A stretch of DNA of 64,000 nt. It comes from Lingula anatina (lineage: Eukaryota; Animalia; Brachiopoda). Position 1 is the stretch's first letter. The number at the start of each line of letters is the position of its first letter. Both the position numbers and the translations under genes were made by a program. The notes beneath the pieces are model-generated. The model had not been told where the DNA came from. It searched no databases and saw nothing but the letters and a program-made list of their open reading frames with translations. Shown here in pieces: positions 1 through 13,815 of this stretch. The stretch spans positions 17,484,001 through 17,548,000 of the forward strand of contig CM120646.1 in assembly GCA_051362555.1 (NCBI GenBank), read 5' to 3'.

Positions 1-187
1 ACGCGTAATATTAGGGCCTATATATGAAATGACAAAATAGTACAGATATATGTAAGAATAACTTTCGGTTCCTCAAGCCATTTCTGTTCGTCAAGTACTT
101 GTAAGTTGCAATTTAATATTGGTCTTTTGAAACCAAGTTGTCAACACAATTGGCCCGTCCCAACTAACGCAATCGTCTTGGTTGCAG

Positions 188-1416
188 TTAAAGATGGTGC
201 TGGTTAAATGCTGCGACATATCAAATGAAGTCCGCCCAGCAGAAGTTTCCGAACCATGGGTAGATTGCCTGCTTGAAGAGTACTTTAATCAGGTATACCA
301 GTCGATAAATCACAGATTGGTTCACTTAAAAGTCATAAGATTTTAGTGATGAATTAATTAATTAATATTAAATATTAGACCAATAGTTGTCTTGGCAGAG
401 GTCTGCTCTCTTTGGGTGATTTTTTAGTCACTGTCATCGGTAACGTAGTGTTTTATTTGTAATTATCATAACAATCTTGATTTATGTCTAGTCTGACCGG
501 GAAAAATTGGAGGGATTGCCAGTGGCCCCGTTTATGGATAGGGAGAAGGTGACAAAACCGACCGCCCAGATTGGCTTCATTAAGTTCGTGCTTATTCCTA
601 TGTTTGAGACAGTTGCCAAGGTAACGAACGCTGTCTGTAATTGGGTTGATCTGTTTCTCAGGCCGTGTATCTGATGTTTATCAAACGGCGCCGTTAAGGT
701 TTGCATATGGATTAATAAATAAGTTTTCTTGTCTTGGATTTTATCGCATTTAAACAGAATGTGTCTCTTTGCTGGGGTATATGTGCTTATTTGTATGTAC
801 GAGCGTTTGCGTGTGTGTGCGTGCGTGTGTGTGTGTGTCGCTTTTAAGTGCCAAAACTGCAGAGACAAGCCATACCGCTGCCTTATTCTTAAGAAGAGTG
901 ACCTACATAATTGGACAACAATGTTGAAAATAATCAGCATTGTTATTTGTTTCAGCTTTTCCCTATAGTGGATACTATAATGGTCGAGAAGCTTCGGATG
1001 GCACGAGATCATTACGAGGAAATGAAGCTAATGGATGAGGCACTGAAAGAGGTAAAAATACATTGATGTATATTGCATGATGTAAAAAGAATAACCTTAT
1101 TTAAAGCCATAGGCTAGTGCAGAGAGCTTAACAGAATTTGTTTAATAATGTCTGCCTTCTGCCCAATACCCGAAATGCAAATAGCTCTTTGAAGTGACAC
1201 ATCCTCTTGTTTATCCATGGCTTGTATTTTGTCAATTTGCGATCCTTTCTTGTCATACCATTGTAGCTCTTTCTGTTTTATGCGTTATTCTTTTTTTTAT
1301 TAATTGTTCTTTGTCTGTTTTAGTTTCAACTTACATATTATGTTAACTCAAAATTTGTTCTCGCATCATAAAATAGCGTATCTCTTGTTGATTTTTAGAA
1401 AGCCAAAGTAACATAA
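188..1416 (+). CDS. PDE9A: 3' part of high-affinity cGMP-specific phosphodiesterase (PDE9-like); exons 188-292, 492-620, 956-1051, probable terminal exon 1399-1416
   Basis: Spliced translation [35 protein letters not shown]|[43 protein letters not shown]|[24 protein letters not shown] matches the PDE catalytic C-terminus (CCDISNE, EYFxQSDREK, APFMDR, QIGF). All introns are GT-AG, phase 0. The 5' part lies outside the window and the last exon is tentative. Confidence 0.9.
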
Positions 1417-4400
1417 GAGGTCGGATTCACTAACGGAGAACCACAAAACATCTCACCAAATGATTCTGGCAACAAAAACTATTGTCTGCGCGTCGTTTAT
1501 TATTTATTTTCGCATTTCGTATTGTTTAACAATTTCTGCCATGTTTATGGAGAAACATCTGTATGGCTTAATAATTCCCCAATGACCTGGAGTAAAAATA
1601 TGGAAAATGAATAAGAACTTAAATATACTATTTACTGAAGTCCCCCGATTTTCAGAATTATGTTTTACACTGCACTGTAATGACTCTGGCATAGAAATGT
1701 ATTGATCTTAATATGACGTATCTTTGGTGCTGAGTACAAACAATTTAGTCAACTGCTATGTCAAAATTCAGCGATTTGAGATTTTGTAATGCACCTAATG
1801 TTTCTGAAAAAAAAAAACAAAAAAAAAAACGCTGATTAAGTTATGTGTGGCGCACCTGATTGCTGTAATAAGGTATTCAGTACATTTTATGATATCTGCC
1901 AAGGGAATGTATTTCCTGAATCCAACAAGTTTCGTTTAAACTCATACTACTAACACGTTTTCCTGGCTGGACAGGCCTAGTACTTGTGTGACGAGGTATT
2001 GGATTGTGGCAACCTGGCCAAGAAAGTGTATAATGTTATGTGAATTGTAAATTAGGACATTCCACTCTGCGACCGTAGACATGATTTTTCCAAAAGAAAA
2101 TAGTACCATTGGAACGCAGTAAATAATTTTGAGGTATCAAAATCTGAAGTTAGATTCGTTTTTGTCAACTATTTAATATCCACACTTAAGGTTCTTCACG
2201 ATTTAGTTGGGTGTTCTCAGACTTCTCTAACAAAAGTGCCTATTTAGCAACTACAGTAAAAGGTGTGGTTTTAATTTCAGACGGATGGTGTCGACTAGGT
2301 GGGCAGATTGCGCATGCGTACTTGCTTGCCAATTGGACGCGCCACGGACAACGTGTCTTCTAATATACGCCACGCTCTGAGTCACACCATACATAAAGAA
2401 GGAAGGAAACACGAAGCCTTTGGCATTGACCTGGTAGTCCGTGACAGCTAGCACGCATGCGCAATTCACAGTCTACCAAAAGTCCACATTCACCGGCTAT
2501 TTACGCATTTTGTTGAATTTGCGTTGCTCTAGTATAAAACGTACCATATGCCCCGATGATCGCAACACTCGCACTGCAGTTGCTACATGTCACAGATTAC
2601 TAGGGCGTGGATTCAATGGACATTGTGTACCGTCTTGTTAATTTCATATATTGTGCTTTAAATGGTCTATAGTATTTGCACAGGTTTAACGGCGATTAAA
2701 ACTACATTTGGGAGCAAGCGACATTAACAGTAGAACTGTGACCAATAGGCATAATTGTTTTGGTTGATGACGCTTAGCCTGACGTAACTCCGGCAGTACT
2801 CTCTGGCCACAGGGTCCTTTAGTAGTCTGTTACAAAATTATTGTATCGGGCCATTCTTTAATTTTGTGTGCTCTTTGAGAGCCCCCCTAAAACCAGTACC
2901 CCTTTGCCGTACCCCCAGTTCCCACCTTTAAATTGGTCCGTGTTACTAACCAGCGTGCCGAACGCGAGTCTGTTTTGGCTTGGGTTCATTATTCTTGGGT
3001 TGGTCGCCATGGGTTCTGCCTGGGTGTCATACGGGCTTTTCTTAGTTTTTGCTTGACTAATTCCAACATGAATAGAATTGGAAATGGGTGGATGACGTGT
3101 CATTGTTATGGGGTATCCAATGGCCGGTAAACGCACAGTCTTAATATTATTGTCAACATAGATTTTGTGTAAAATATTTCTTGTCAGTACTTACGTGTGC
3201 ATCAAATAGAAAAATGTAGATCTTATGAAATTGGGAAAGTAAATACAATGTTAAATATAAAGTGTCTGATATCCAATCAATAAAGACTATTGAAATTTTA
3301 CAAATTTTATAGTCTTCATAAGTGTAATGGATTTTTATTTGTCAAAGATTGACAGAGACAGGTTTTTAATTGATAATTATGTACACGCCTAAATACTGTG
3401 GCAACTCGTTTTGCAGTTTGATTATCTAGATATTTAATTTAATATTTAGATTATCAAGATGCGTTATTTATATTCGCTATATGTGGGGTTGGATGAAGTT
3501 TGAATCAACATTGTGTGTCTATATTTTTATAATACTGCATCGGTTACAGAATAAATGTTTTATTTTCACCGAGATTCGTTGTGGTACGTAAGCAAATTTT
3601 GAATAATAAAATTATTTCAAAATTCAATGTATATTCTTTTATATGTGGATTGCATTTGAATGGTGTGGAGTACATATTGTGGTGTGGCAACAAATTAAGT
3701 TATCAGAATTTATTTGAATTTTTTCCCGTGGCGAATTACAGGCTATTGCACAATAGCGTGGATTCACAATATTTTGCGTTGCACTTTTGTATTGTTTTCC
3801 AAGAAAACCTATCTGTCACATTAGAGTTTCATTCTTAAATAATAATCACTAAAAAGTCAGACTCCTCACCTCACACGGATTCACGAGCAAAAAGGGTGAA
3901 ATATTGTTCCAATCTTCTTGGCCTGTGTATGAATGAGGAAATTGCCTATATGTTTTCCTCAGACTGGCTTAATAAAGGTACAATTCCATATCACGTTAGT
4001 AAATGGTGGATGATTAACAGCATAATATATTATGCACGAACAGACGTGTGGTACTAATGTTTTGCGCAAGAACAATACACCTGAAGCCACCGTGTTTACA
4101 TGAATACATGAATATTAGATTATGCATTGACGTACTGAAATCTCTCGATTTGGTGAAGGCACTTAATGCGCGCTAACCATTTATATAGCAATAATGATTT
4201 TACAAACGGACATGTCAATGCTTTTTACTTAAACCCCAAAGTATGCAAAACAACGGGTTTGGACAGGGCTAGGACACAGTATACTATACACGCAGCTGTT
4301 TATTACAACTGTATATTTTGTCCTAGGACAGGGTGGTAAAATCGAGAAATTGCTTTAACTTTCTTCGTTTTTTAGGTACAACGCGCAATTGTTTGCCTGT

Positions 4401-5043
4401 ATTTAATATCCGGAAAGCACTTCTACGACAATAAAGGAATATTACCCGTATTTTTCATAAAAAATGCATAACATGTATTTGTTTAGGGCGATGATTCTGG
4501 AGAATAAATGACATCGGAAAAGCTGTTTTCTTGCTAAGTAAACCTCGCCAAATCCAACATGAAATTTTATTATAAACTTCCAACTTTACTTGAATGCGAT
4601 GTTTAAACGGCGTTCCCTGACTGCTGCCCTGTCTGTTAAATCAATGCAATCATTCCCTTAAATCATTACTTTAATTTCCTCATGACGCATCATTTACTAA
4701 CACGACCAATGAAATATACATGTATTAGCTATAATAAGTATGTTTGTAATCAAGGCGGTTTCTTCCTTCTGTATTAACGTCCAAGGACACATACAGTGAT
4801 CATTTGATGTGCAATTTTCTATCGTTCAGAAATTAAAAAGCAAAAAGTGGAAAGTAGACAGAAATCTGCACAAGTAAAATAACCAAAAACAAAACAATAA
4901 TAACAGAAATTAACTGACACTGATCTGGACCAGAGAAACCAAAAATTCTCACATGACATAGTAATCTTCAACTTAATACTAGATTCCATACTGTTGTCTT
5001 AACACACACACACACACACACACACACAAATTATCGAGAGAGA

Positions 5044-5220
5044 GGCACCATTCAAAATAGCGGACTAACTAGTCCGAGGGTGAAATATGGCTACCCACTA
5101 CATAGGCGTGTGAGAGGCGGAGAGACTTTTACAGGATCAAAGGGTCTTCCTTTCATGTAGGGTCCGTCATATTTGAGTCTTGGTCCAGTTGATACACAGA
5201 TCTTCGATTCTGAATGGCCC
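5044..5220. mobile_element. Internally deleted copy of the MITE family seen at 32523-32820
   Basis: Shares ggcgtgtgagaggcggaga...tcttcctttcatgtagg...ctgaatggccc-TAA with the right TIR of the 32.5 kb element. Confidence 0.7.
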
Positions 5221-5228
5221 TAATGGTC

Positions 5229-5230
<2 letters not shown>

Positions 5231-5280
<50 letters not shown>

Positions 5281-5294
5281 GGGGGGGGGGGGGG
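5231..5294. repeat. (GA)n microsatellite followed by poly-G
   Basis: Direct reading of the sequence. Confidence 0.95.
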
Positions 5295-6224
5295 CGGGCA
5301 CAAGTAACCAACAAAGGGTGGACATCCCAAAGAATATACAATAAACTTGAATACAATTCAAAATAAAAATTATGTTTAAATGCAGCTAGCCTGTACTGAT
5401 CTTTTTCAAAAATAAAATTGCATATGTCATATACCTCTTTGTCAAACAAAGGCGTGGCTTTGGTTTATTTCTCATTAAAACACAGAATACATCACATATG
5501 TTAAGATGAATATTTAAAACTGGGACTTAAACCGTTATTTGATGAACATTAATTTTTAAACTGAAAAGCTCTGAAAAGAGAAACGCCCTGAATCGTTTTC
5601 AAGAACCTGTCTCGAATGGGGTTCATTTAACATTGGCCAAGGACTGCGTATATTTGTAAATATGAAGTTCCGTTTCATATATATGCTCACTGCAGCCGAC
5701 AACATACGAAAGAAGGTCTTGAATATGGATTTTGTATAACCAGTCTTTCCTATCATGCGGGCAGTGTGATTCAGAATATGCTTTCGCTAACGTTACAAGA
5801 CACTGTAATGCGAAAATATTTTACCAGAGTTCAAACGAAATGCAGGACAAATTTCCGTTGTAAGTCATCTTTATCTTTTCCATAAGATTGATTGGAAGTG
5901 ATTTAGGTAGAAAAAAAGCAACCGGTCAAAACACTGCATATTTTTCGGAATCGAAATCGTGTTTCTTTTGCAAGCCGTCGCGTTTTCATTTGGTTACGAA
6001 CTTTTTTCAGTGACCTTAAAGTAAGACAGCAGCGTGGGTTGAATTTGAACAGATAGATTCAGAACAGACAACGCCCAGGTTTAGTCAGAGCTATTTCGCT
6101 GAATGCTTGGTCATATTGGAGGACCCTTAAGTGTTTGTTATCAGTTGAGTTTCAGAAACAACGTCGCAGAACAATCTTCATTTGGACATTCCGGACTCGT
6201 GTTACACTCATTCAGGATTGTACC

Positions 6225-6343
6225 TATATAAGTGGCCATACCATTGATCGACAAAAACACAGGTCAATTAAAGCTCTTTGTGCCTTTGAAGCATTTCAAA
6301 AACTATTTCATACCAGTGCCTGTCAGTTTAGGGATAATCAAAG
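6225..6343 (+). promoter_or_regulatory. Putative TATA box and non-coding first exon of ZP-A
   Basis: TATATAA at 6225 and a strong donor AAG|GTAAGA at 6343/6344. Same layout as the candidate ZP-B promoter. Confidence 0.4.
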
Positions 6344-7643
6344 GTAAGATTGGATTTATTTTCATTCCAATACATTGTTATTACATGTACGTGACAAACC
6401 GTGCACCCTTCTACAACCAAAGAGCGGTTTCATTTGCGTGTTTATTTCAATATGTCTTTGTCAAATTAACTCATTTAGTTGGAATACTTGCACCATTGGA
6501 ATTCAATTTTGAAAAATTAAATGAATGGGAATAAACTTTTATCACAAATTTCTAAACACGCTACCACAATATAAGTATACCCGTAGGCTGCAGAGAAAAT
6601 CATTTGCGTGGACTGAGCACATTACTTCAAAAAGATAAGCTGTAAATATCGGGAGTTTTTGGCCATGCGCTCTCTTGAAGTTAGGAATAAAGGTCCAAGT
6701 AGGACTACTTTATTCCGTAGTACCTAGGTTCCAGGCGGGCCTGCATTCACCGGTATACAGCAGCGGCGCCCTGGTCCATTCAAGCAGGGTCATTTTCATG
6801 TTGAACATTTATGATTTCTTTTATGATTAACAAAATAAATTATTTGGGATGTTGAGAAATAACACAATTAAACTTTATGGCAAAGATCATTAGAAAATAT
6901 AACAGTGCATTATTCTTCGGTCTTTTTGCCTATTCCCATAGACATAAGCTTGTTATTTACAATTTCATTTATTCTGATTTAATAGCAAAATGCTCCTTTA
7001 AGGGTAGAAAAATAAAAAAGAGGTGGCATCAATTCCTTAAGAAAGATAAATGGGTTACACATTTTCACCCGATAAATGACCTTGAATTTGAAATGATGCA
7101 AGCTACTTCAGTTTCATATCAATCGCATGTGCCCGCAGAATGAAACAACGCTCATCTTGCACGTCGGCGCTTCATGTTTAGTTAAACACCACCTGTTCAC
7201 AAACTGTCTCATATATACAGCACTGACAACGTGTTCCATTGAACTGCTGGCAGGCAGTCTTCAACCAAATGACTTGAGTTTGTTTATCACTTTTAGCCTT
7301 CGTTATTGGCAATATTACTGTAATATTGCAAGGTTTTATTAATCAATGGATGCACGTATTACGGAGAATTAAACAGAAACTATGCATGCACATGAAATAC
7401 TGTAAATACTCAATATTCTCTTTAGTGTAGTTATAACATTTCATCTTTAGAGTTGTCTTTAACTAAAATAACTCATTAATTTCCCTCTATTAAGATGGGT
7501 TGGAAGGGTTGTCTGGTGGTTCAAGAGATTTCACAAGTTATAACAAGAACACAATACCTGTAAGTAAATGCATGCTACTACAATGTAGTATAATGAACAT
7601 TAAGATTAGCCTTGGTTAACTTTAAAAGTTTCCTTATTTCAGG

Positions 7644-10600
7644 ATGAGGGTTTTCGTGGCGGTAGTTGCCTTTTTGATGTCCCAGGTAGGTTTTACTTGA
7701 AACGTTTTTCCCTTATGAAAAATATTCGGAATGGATTGATTGTAAGCGTATATATGATTACCCTGATTTTGTGCAATGAACCGTTTGCTATAAGGTATTT
7801 TTACGATGCATACATAGGTTGTCTAAATACATATATATATGTTTTATTCCATTGAATGTTTCACTTCTTGTGGCATTGTATTAATATTAATTCAAATAAC
7901 AGAATCCGTATTTACTTTACTTGAGAAAAGTATCCCGGCATGTTTTGAAGAAGTATATGCATAGTTATAATGATACTGGTTAATGAATAAAAACTATGCA
8001 CATGTTTGTGTACTACTACATCACAAAGTAAGCATCACATCCTATAGCGGGTACAGATAATCAGTACTACAGGGTGAACCAGGCTATCAATTCAATATAA
8101 CATTGTACCCCACAGCACCATCTGAGGCAATGTGAACGGTTTAAAAGCTGAGGAACGAATTGTAATATTGACTGCATAAGGCTTAATTCGCTCATGTGTC
8201 TTTTCCCTTTTTTAAATGGAGGGGATGGGAAGAAAAGAAGCTCCCCAAGTCGTCTGTGTTGCAGAGGTTCAGTGTGATTATCTATGACTTTGATTCCAAT
8301 GTTTATAACTTTGTATTCTAATGTTTATTACATGCGCTGAACTGCCTTCTTTCAGATCACTGTCGTTTCTGCAAAAACAGGTAAGAACTCCTTATTCACA
8401 CAGGACAAGTAGAATGTTAATATCATGTTATTATCACAATAGCTACTGTTACAATTTATGTCTTCTAGCTAGTGCTGAGCAAGTTATGTTTGGAGTAGAA
8501 AATGGGGACAAGGGTAAGAGCTGCATGGTATCATATCTATACAGGGATGCTTCGACTGTTTTGGATAATTAACACTTAAGCGCTTAGGCACTTGATGATA
8601 TGGACCCTGATAGTTTAAATAAACGACGAGGAATGATGTTTGTTGTATACCAGTACAAAATGCAAACAGTGTCATAAAGATCTACACGTCTGTTGTTCAT
8701 AGACCTAACAGTATATATATTAACATGAAGTGAACGTGTTTTTCTTCCTTTTATTCCTAGTGACGTACTCGTGCACCGACGCCAATGTATTAACCTTAAC
8801 GATAGGAGACAGGACGAGCAGTGATCAAGATACGACGGCATATTTCGCTAGTTCATTGGAAACTGACACTGAATGTATCCAAACACTTACAGCCGGCGCC
8901 ACGACTGATGTCACGTTTACGATAACACTCAGCACCACGGACCCCGCCAAATGTGGCATGGTGTTCGACGTAAGTTTGCCAAGTAATTTGTTTAGCTGTG
9001 TCTTTATCTATCATTCATCTATTATTCATCTATTGTTCAATTACAATTTCTTGATCTGTTCATCCGGAAATCTTCATCGAAATCTGTGATCTATGAAGAG
9101 CATTCTGAGATATTTCGTCCACAGTCATACTATTACTATGAAAACAACTTTCATTTATAGCGGAGGCAAAATTTAAACTCAACTGACATATCCAGTGGTA
9201 TGCATGTGTCTTTATCAAAGGTCATTTAACTTTGCAGAACAACACTAGTGTCTTTACTGGGACTTTGTGGATCAAGAAAGCACAAACCATAGTCCAGAAT
9301 GGGGATTCCTATTCTAATTTACAAATCCGCTGTGAAGGGGCTGCAAGGGACGTTGACGCCACCGTCACCGCTATAACTGACACGTAAGTAGGCCACCGCC
9401 TTCTCGTCCTTGCCGCCATATTGAATGCTATCAACCTGTACTAGCTAAAGAACCTATTCAGACGCAACTGACGGGAGTTTATCTTTTCACTTTTCAGGCC
9501 TACCCAACTACCAGACTCGGCACATATGGATCCTGAATTAACCGGTATATCGGACCGCACTACCCGTTTTCAAGGTGTGTATCAGATCGCATTTCGGAGG
9601 ATGAGCCCGCGGTCGTCCTACAAAATTTGTTCTGGGGTATGATACTCCGAAACGCGATCTGACACACACCTTGAAAACGGGTATACAGTGTGGTCCGATA
9701 TACCGGTTAATTCAGGATCCTTATGTGCCGAGTCTGGTAGTTGGGTAGGCCTGCTTTTGCAGATATTTAGCTTAGTTTGAAGTTAAATTATGAAAGTTAG
9801 TGACTACTGTGTTGTATGATTCTCACTATATACAGCAAGTCATACGTTCTTTCACCGACTGCCATATTTCATATGTCCGATATGTAGCAAATGGGGTTTT
9901 AAAACATGTTTTCAAAATATTTAAAAAACACGCAAAATTATTTTCATAAGCGACTTTTAGAACGTCTTTTGTCTAATTATCTCCTGAAATGGTTTGTATT
10001 TTTTTAAACTGGGTACTGTACAGTATTTGGGTAGTTCTGCTTCCTTGTCGTGTTTATATTGTAGGTCATCCCCCATTCTTCCATCTGAGGCCCAATCAAA
10101 TGAGAATGTTGCTATAACAGTCGAACTGGCGGACGGTTCGGCAATATCTGGCGCTGTTACGATGGCGCAACAAATTCGCCTTCGCGTCGCACTTACAATG
10201 CAAAGTGCACCAGTAGGTATGTTCTCCCTATAAACGAACGCAAAATTGATTCAGCAGTTAGCTTGCTCCCCATTTAAATGGTCGCAAAAACGAGCAGAAA
10301 TGGGAATATGTCATCAGTTGTAACTGACATCAATATGTATTTCGGGTATTCTGTTTCCTTTATTGTACAGTATAATGAAAGTGCAGGGAAAGTTGGATGT
10401 TCGTTTTAAAATTGTTTTAATGAAACCAGAATTATTGCCACGCATGTATCGAATGAGAACACATACTGTACTGTATTGCAATGAAAAAAATCGGATAAAT
10501 TACGCAGCAGTAATAAATTTAAAAACGAAGTCTGTTGTAAGTCGTAGCCATTCATTTACGCTTATCGATTAAATTTTTTTTTCAGATATTCTCGCTGTTT

Positions 10601-12331
10601 TGACGATTCACGTGGACTAAGTATATCTAAATTTATTATCAAAATATGATCTTTTTTCCTTATTCAGCAAGAGCCGTGCGGGTCAGCGATTGTACAGTTA
10701 AACCCACTTCGTCCTCGGATGCGAGTGTTAAACTCATCACCGACTAGTGAGTATTTTTACACATATCATTAGCCTACTCATGTAAATGTACTTTCATTTT
10801 CCTTTTATTGGAATTTTCAAAAGAATAGATAGTCCCAAGAATGTGTTGATACATTGTAGTGCCCATATGGTGACTTTGTATTTTCATCGCTATATGCAAA
10901 ATATTAATAATTATTATTAATTTTCATTATTACATATATTTTGTAGTGCATTCTATATAATCTCGATGAGGTTTGCAAGATGACGAAAACTTAGCAAACA
11001 AATTAATAACCAAAAACTGTTATATTTTGTTATATTTTGTTGTTATCATTATCGATACTCCTTTGCTGTTCAATATCCTGGCAATATCCTTACAGCTGCG
11101 GAGACAGTAGCACCGGAGTACTGGCTACCAGTCAAGGCTTTACGGGCGCAGCACCTTCTGCGGGTGCTACCACGCAGGAGTCCATATCGGCCCCATTCCC
11201 GCCATTCCTTATAGCCGGCCATGAAAGTACCAATTCAATGTTTATCACGTGTCGATGCGTTTTCTGCGGGACAGCCGGCGATAATAAGTGTGAAGGGGTA
11301 AGTTGGAAAAGGAGCTTATTTGGGGTTTTGTCTAAATGTTGTATTTACGTGTGTTTATGTGTTTGTGTGTTTAAAGGGTACGTGTTTCAGGGCACGTGTT
11401 ATTTTACTTCTTACACCATCGCTAAGCTGAGAACTCTAAGTACATGTATGTATGTAATGTATGTATTAGTATGTTTGCCATGGTTAAATGGTACTGCAAA
11501 GTAAATTTTTACCCAGGGCACGTCACCAGTAGTAAGTAGGCCTAATTTCCTTCAGATGTTTTCAGTGTTCAAATGAACATATTAGTTAAAATAATTCTGT
11601 GATTGCCTTATGATTATCAGCAAGCATAAACAAGAATATTTTCCTTTGATCGTCGGCGTAATTGTTTTAAGACGATTTTTGTACCTTGGCCAACCTCTAA
11701 TCGGCCACCTAACAGTAGAAGCATAATATAAATACTCGTCTTCTGCACCCTTATTCAGGACCAGTGTGCCACCAACAATGCAAGGAGAAGGCGAAGGGAT
11801 GTGGAGGAGACTTCGAGTAACTCCACTGTCGTCTCCACGTCCGTTTTCATTTCACTTGGCGCAGGACGCTCAGCGCAGGGCGCCGTTTCAGGTACAAAAT
11901 ACGTGTGTTTCAAATTGAAATGACAAACTTATGTAGGCCTATGTATTATCTGGGTATTTATCCATTCTTCCTGACTCGCTCTCACCGCCCTATGTATTTT
12001 GCACAAACAGTCTAACTACAAGCATAATTAACTAATTAACTGATCAAATAAATTACGAACAGACGAATTGAAATATTTTTCACTTATCTATCTATCTATT
12101 GACGGTTTCTTAATTACATGTATGTTGTGTTAAAAGCATTTATTCGTTCATCCAGTTTCAGATGACCAGACAGGCGGTTATTGTGAGAACCAAACAATCT
12201 TCATAGCGGTCACCTCTGTCATTGCCGCGGTGTTGCTCTTTGCTCTGGCCGTGATAGTTTTCATGTACACCAAGCTTCCGAGAAGACAGAATCCAGTCGA
12301 GAAGGAAGGAGTCACCAACCCGGCGTTTTAA
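7644..12331 (+). CDS. ZP (zona pellucida)-domain type I membrane protein ZP-A, VEZP-like; exons 7644-7685, 8356-8380, 8761-8969, 9238-9383, 10065-10216, 10668-10746, 11096-11297, 11759-11891, 12162-12331
   Basis: Continuous spliced frame. Signal peptide MRVFVAVVAFLMSQITVVSA. Four-Cys ZP-N-like region (YSC, TEC, KCG, IRC). ZP-C-like region (SAPFPPFLIAG...FITCRCVFC). Furin site RRRRR, EHP-like STVVSTSVFISL, TM helix, C-terminus GVTNPAF*. Confidence 0.85.
9495..9753. mobile_element. Foldback MITE with ~105-bp TIRs in ZP-A intron 4
   Basis: caggcctacccaactaccagactcggcacat... at the left is the near-perfect reverse complement of ...atgtgccgagtctggtagttgggtaggcctg at the right. Flanked by the direct repeat CTTTT (9490-9494, 9754-9758). 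Confidence 0.9.
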
Positions 12332-13815
12332 TACGTTGAATTTCGAAGCATGTGCGCTTGATATAAACTGCAGCTATAGATGCCCGGTTATGAACAGACA
12401 TTTCATTTGTCCAGTCTGCCTAAGTTTTGGGCAATTTTGTGACGTTTTTTATGATACTTGTAAATAATGTATGAGTGACGACTCTTCTGCGGTGGACGAA
12501 CGTGAGGAATGTTTATGCAAATAAGATCCATAAGACATATTTAGATATACCCGGTACCAGAAAATTATAAAACAACAATTAGTCAGGTTGTTCATGGAAC
12601 ATAAAAATCGGAAAGATATCTTGAATATTGTACGTTGGATTATGGATTTAACAAATAATGGTCTCCAATGAAACAGCACGGCTGTTTCTTTTCTATTTAA
12701 ATCTGAACTTTTTTTGTAGATATTTCTTATCGCCGCTTATTGTGAGGGTATTTTTGTAGTTTCGCTTTTTTTATGTTTTGCATATTCTTTTCCTTCCGTA
12801 GTTTGTGTAAGATATCGGCTTTTACATTCTTTGTGACTGTTCACTGCCATCACTCCTTAAGATGTAAGTTCTTGAATTATCATGTTGATTTTCCTTTGGT
12901 TGGAATAAAATCTTCAAAGAAAACACGTTTGATGTTCGTGCTAAAAGCGTTTAATGAACAAAAAAACAGAAGTAATGGTCATTCTATAGTCAAGTATTCA
13001 TGACAAATTGATTGTTTGTACCGCTGTGGAAAGGCAATGGGAGCGGGAATTTGATGTCCATTAAATAACTTGGATATTCCACGTTTAGAATATTTTTTAC
13101 TATCCTTGGCAATAAATGATAACAAATTTGCGAATCAAGTACATGTACAAAGATTCGTCGCTCTAGTCGTCATTGTTTTTCGTGCGGGTGATAAAATTTG
13201 AACTGATTATGTATTTCACGCCAAGACCCAAAACTCTGCCACAGATTGATTTTTAACCAGATATTCACAGATATGACTGTTGCTAAATTATGGCACATTT
13301 TTAAGTGCACATATTTAATCTGCAGCCCTGGTAGACGGTACCAAGATCCTGATCCATACACGCGCATGCCTTAAAATAAAGCAAAGCCACAAGTAATTTT
13401 CGTGAAATATCAAAGTGAGTTGGCTGTTTCCAATCCATGGTGTTTCAGTTTAAAGTAACACACGGAACAAGTCACGCAAAAGAACTGCCAACTGGGGAAA
13501 GTGACAGACGTACGTAAACATGGAAATTATATAAGGAACGTCGAATTTTCATGCATGCAGTGGCGTTGCATTTCTTTGAAACCCATTTCAAGTGTACAAT
13601 ATACCTATTATTTGACAGGACTAAATTCACTTTTTGAAGAAATCTCAAGGTAGAAAATTTGCAAATGCAGTAATCAGAAAACAGTGATCACATTACAGTG
13701 TAGCCTACCGGTACATTTGTACCAATACAAGTGAATGAGGCAAACTTCATTATATAGATTTCGTTGAAAGAGATGTTCTGCACTGTAACCGCTATATCGT
13801 CGTCAATTTCTGGAA

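Noticed and set aside
488-1012. 174-aa minus-strand ORF
   Set aside because: Antisense shadow of PDE9 exons plus a (GT)n microsatellite; no domain signal.
1414-1614. Frame stays open ~65 codons after the PDE9 TAA; a KRSDSLT-like peptide occurs in another frame
   Set aside because: TAA-G is not a readthrough-prone context and the extension looks UTR-like. An alternative acceptor cannot be supported without transcripts.
2307-2465. Degenerate inverted repeat centred on GCGCATGCGT motifs
   Set aside because: Probably an old MITE remnant; termini and TSD could not be defined.
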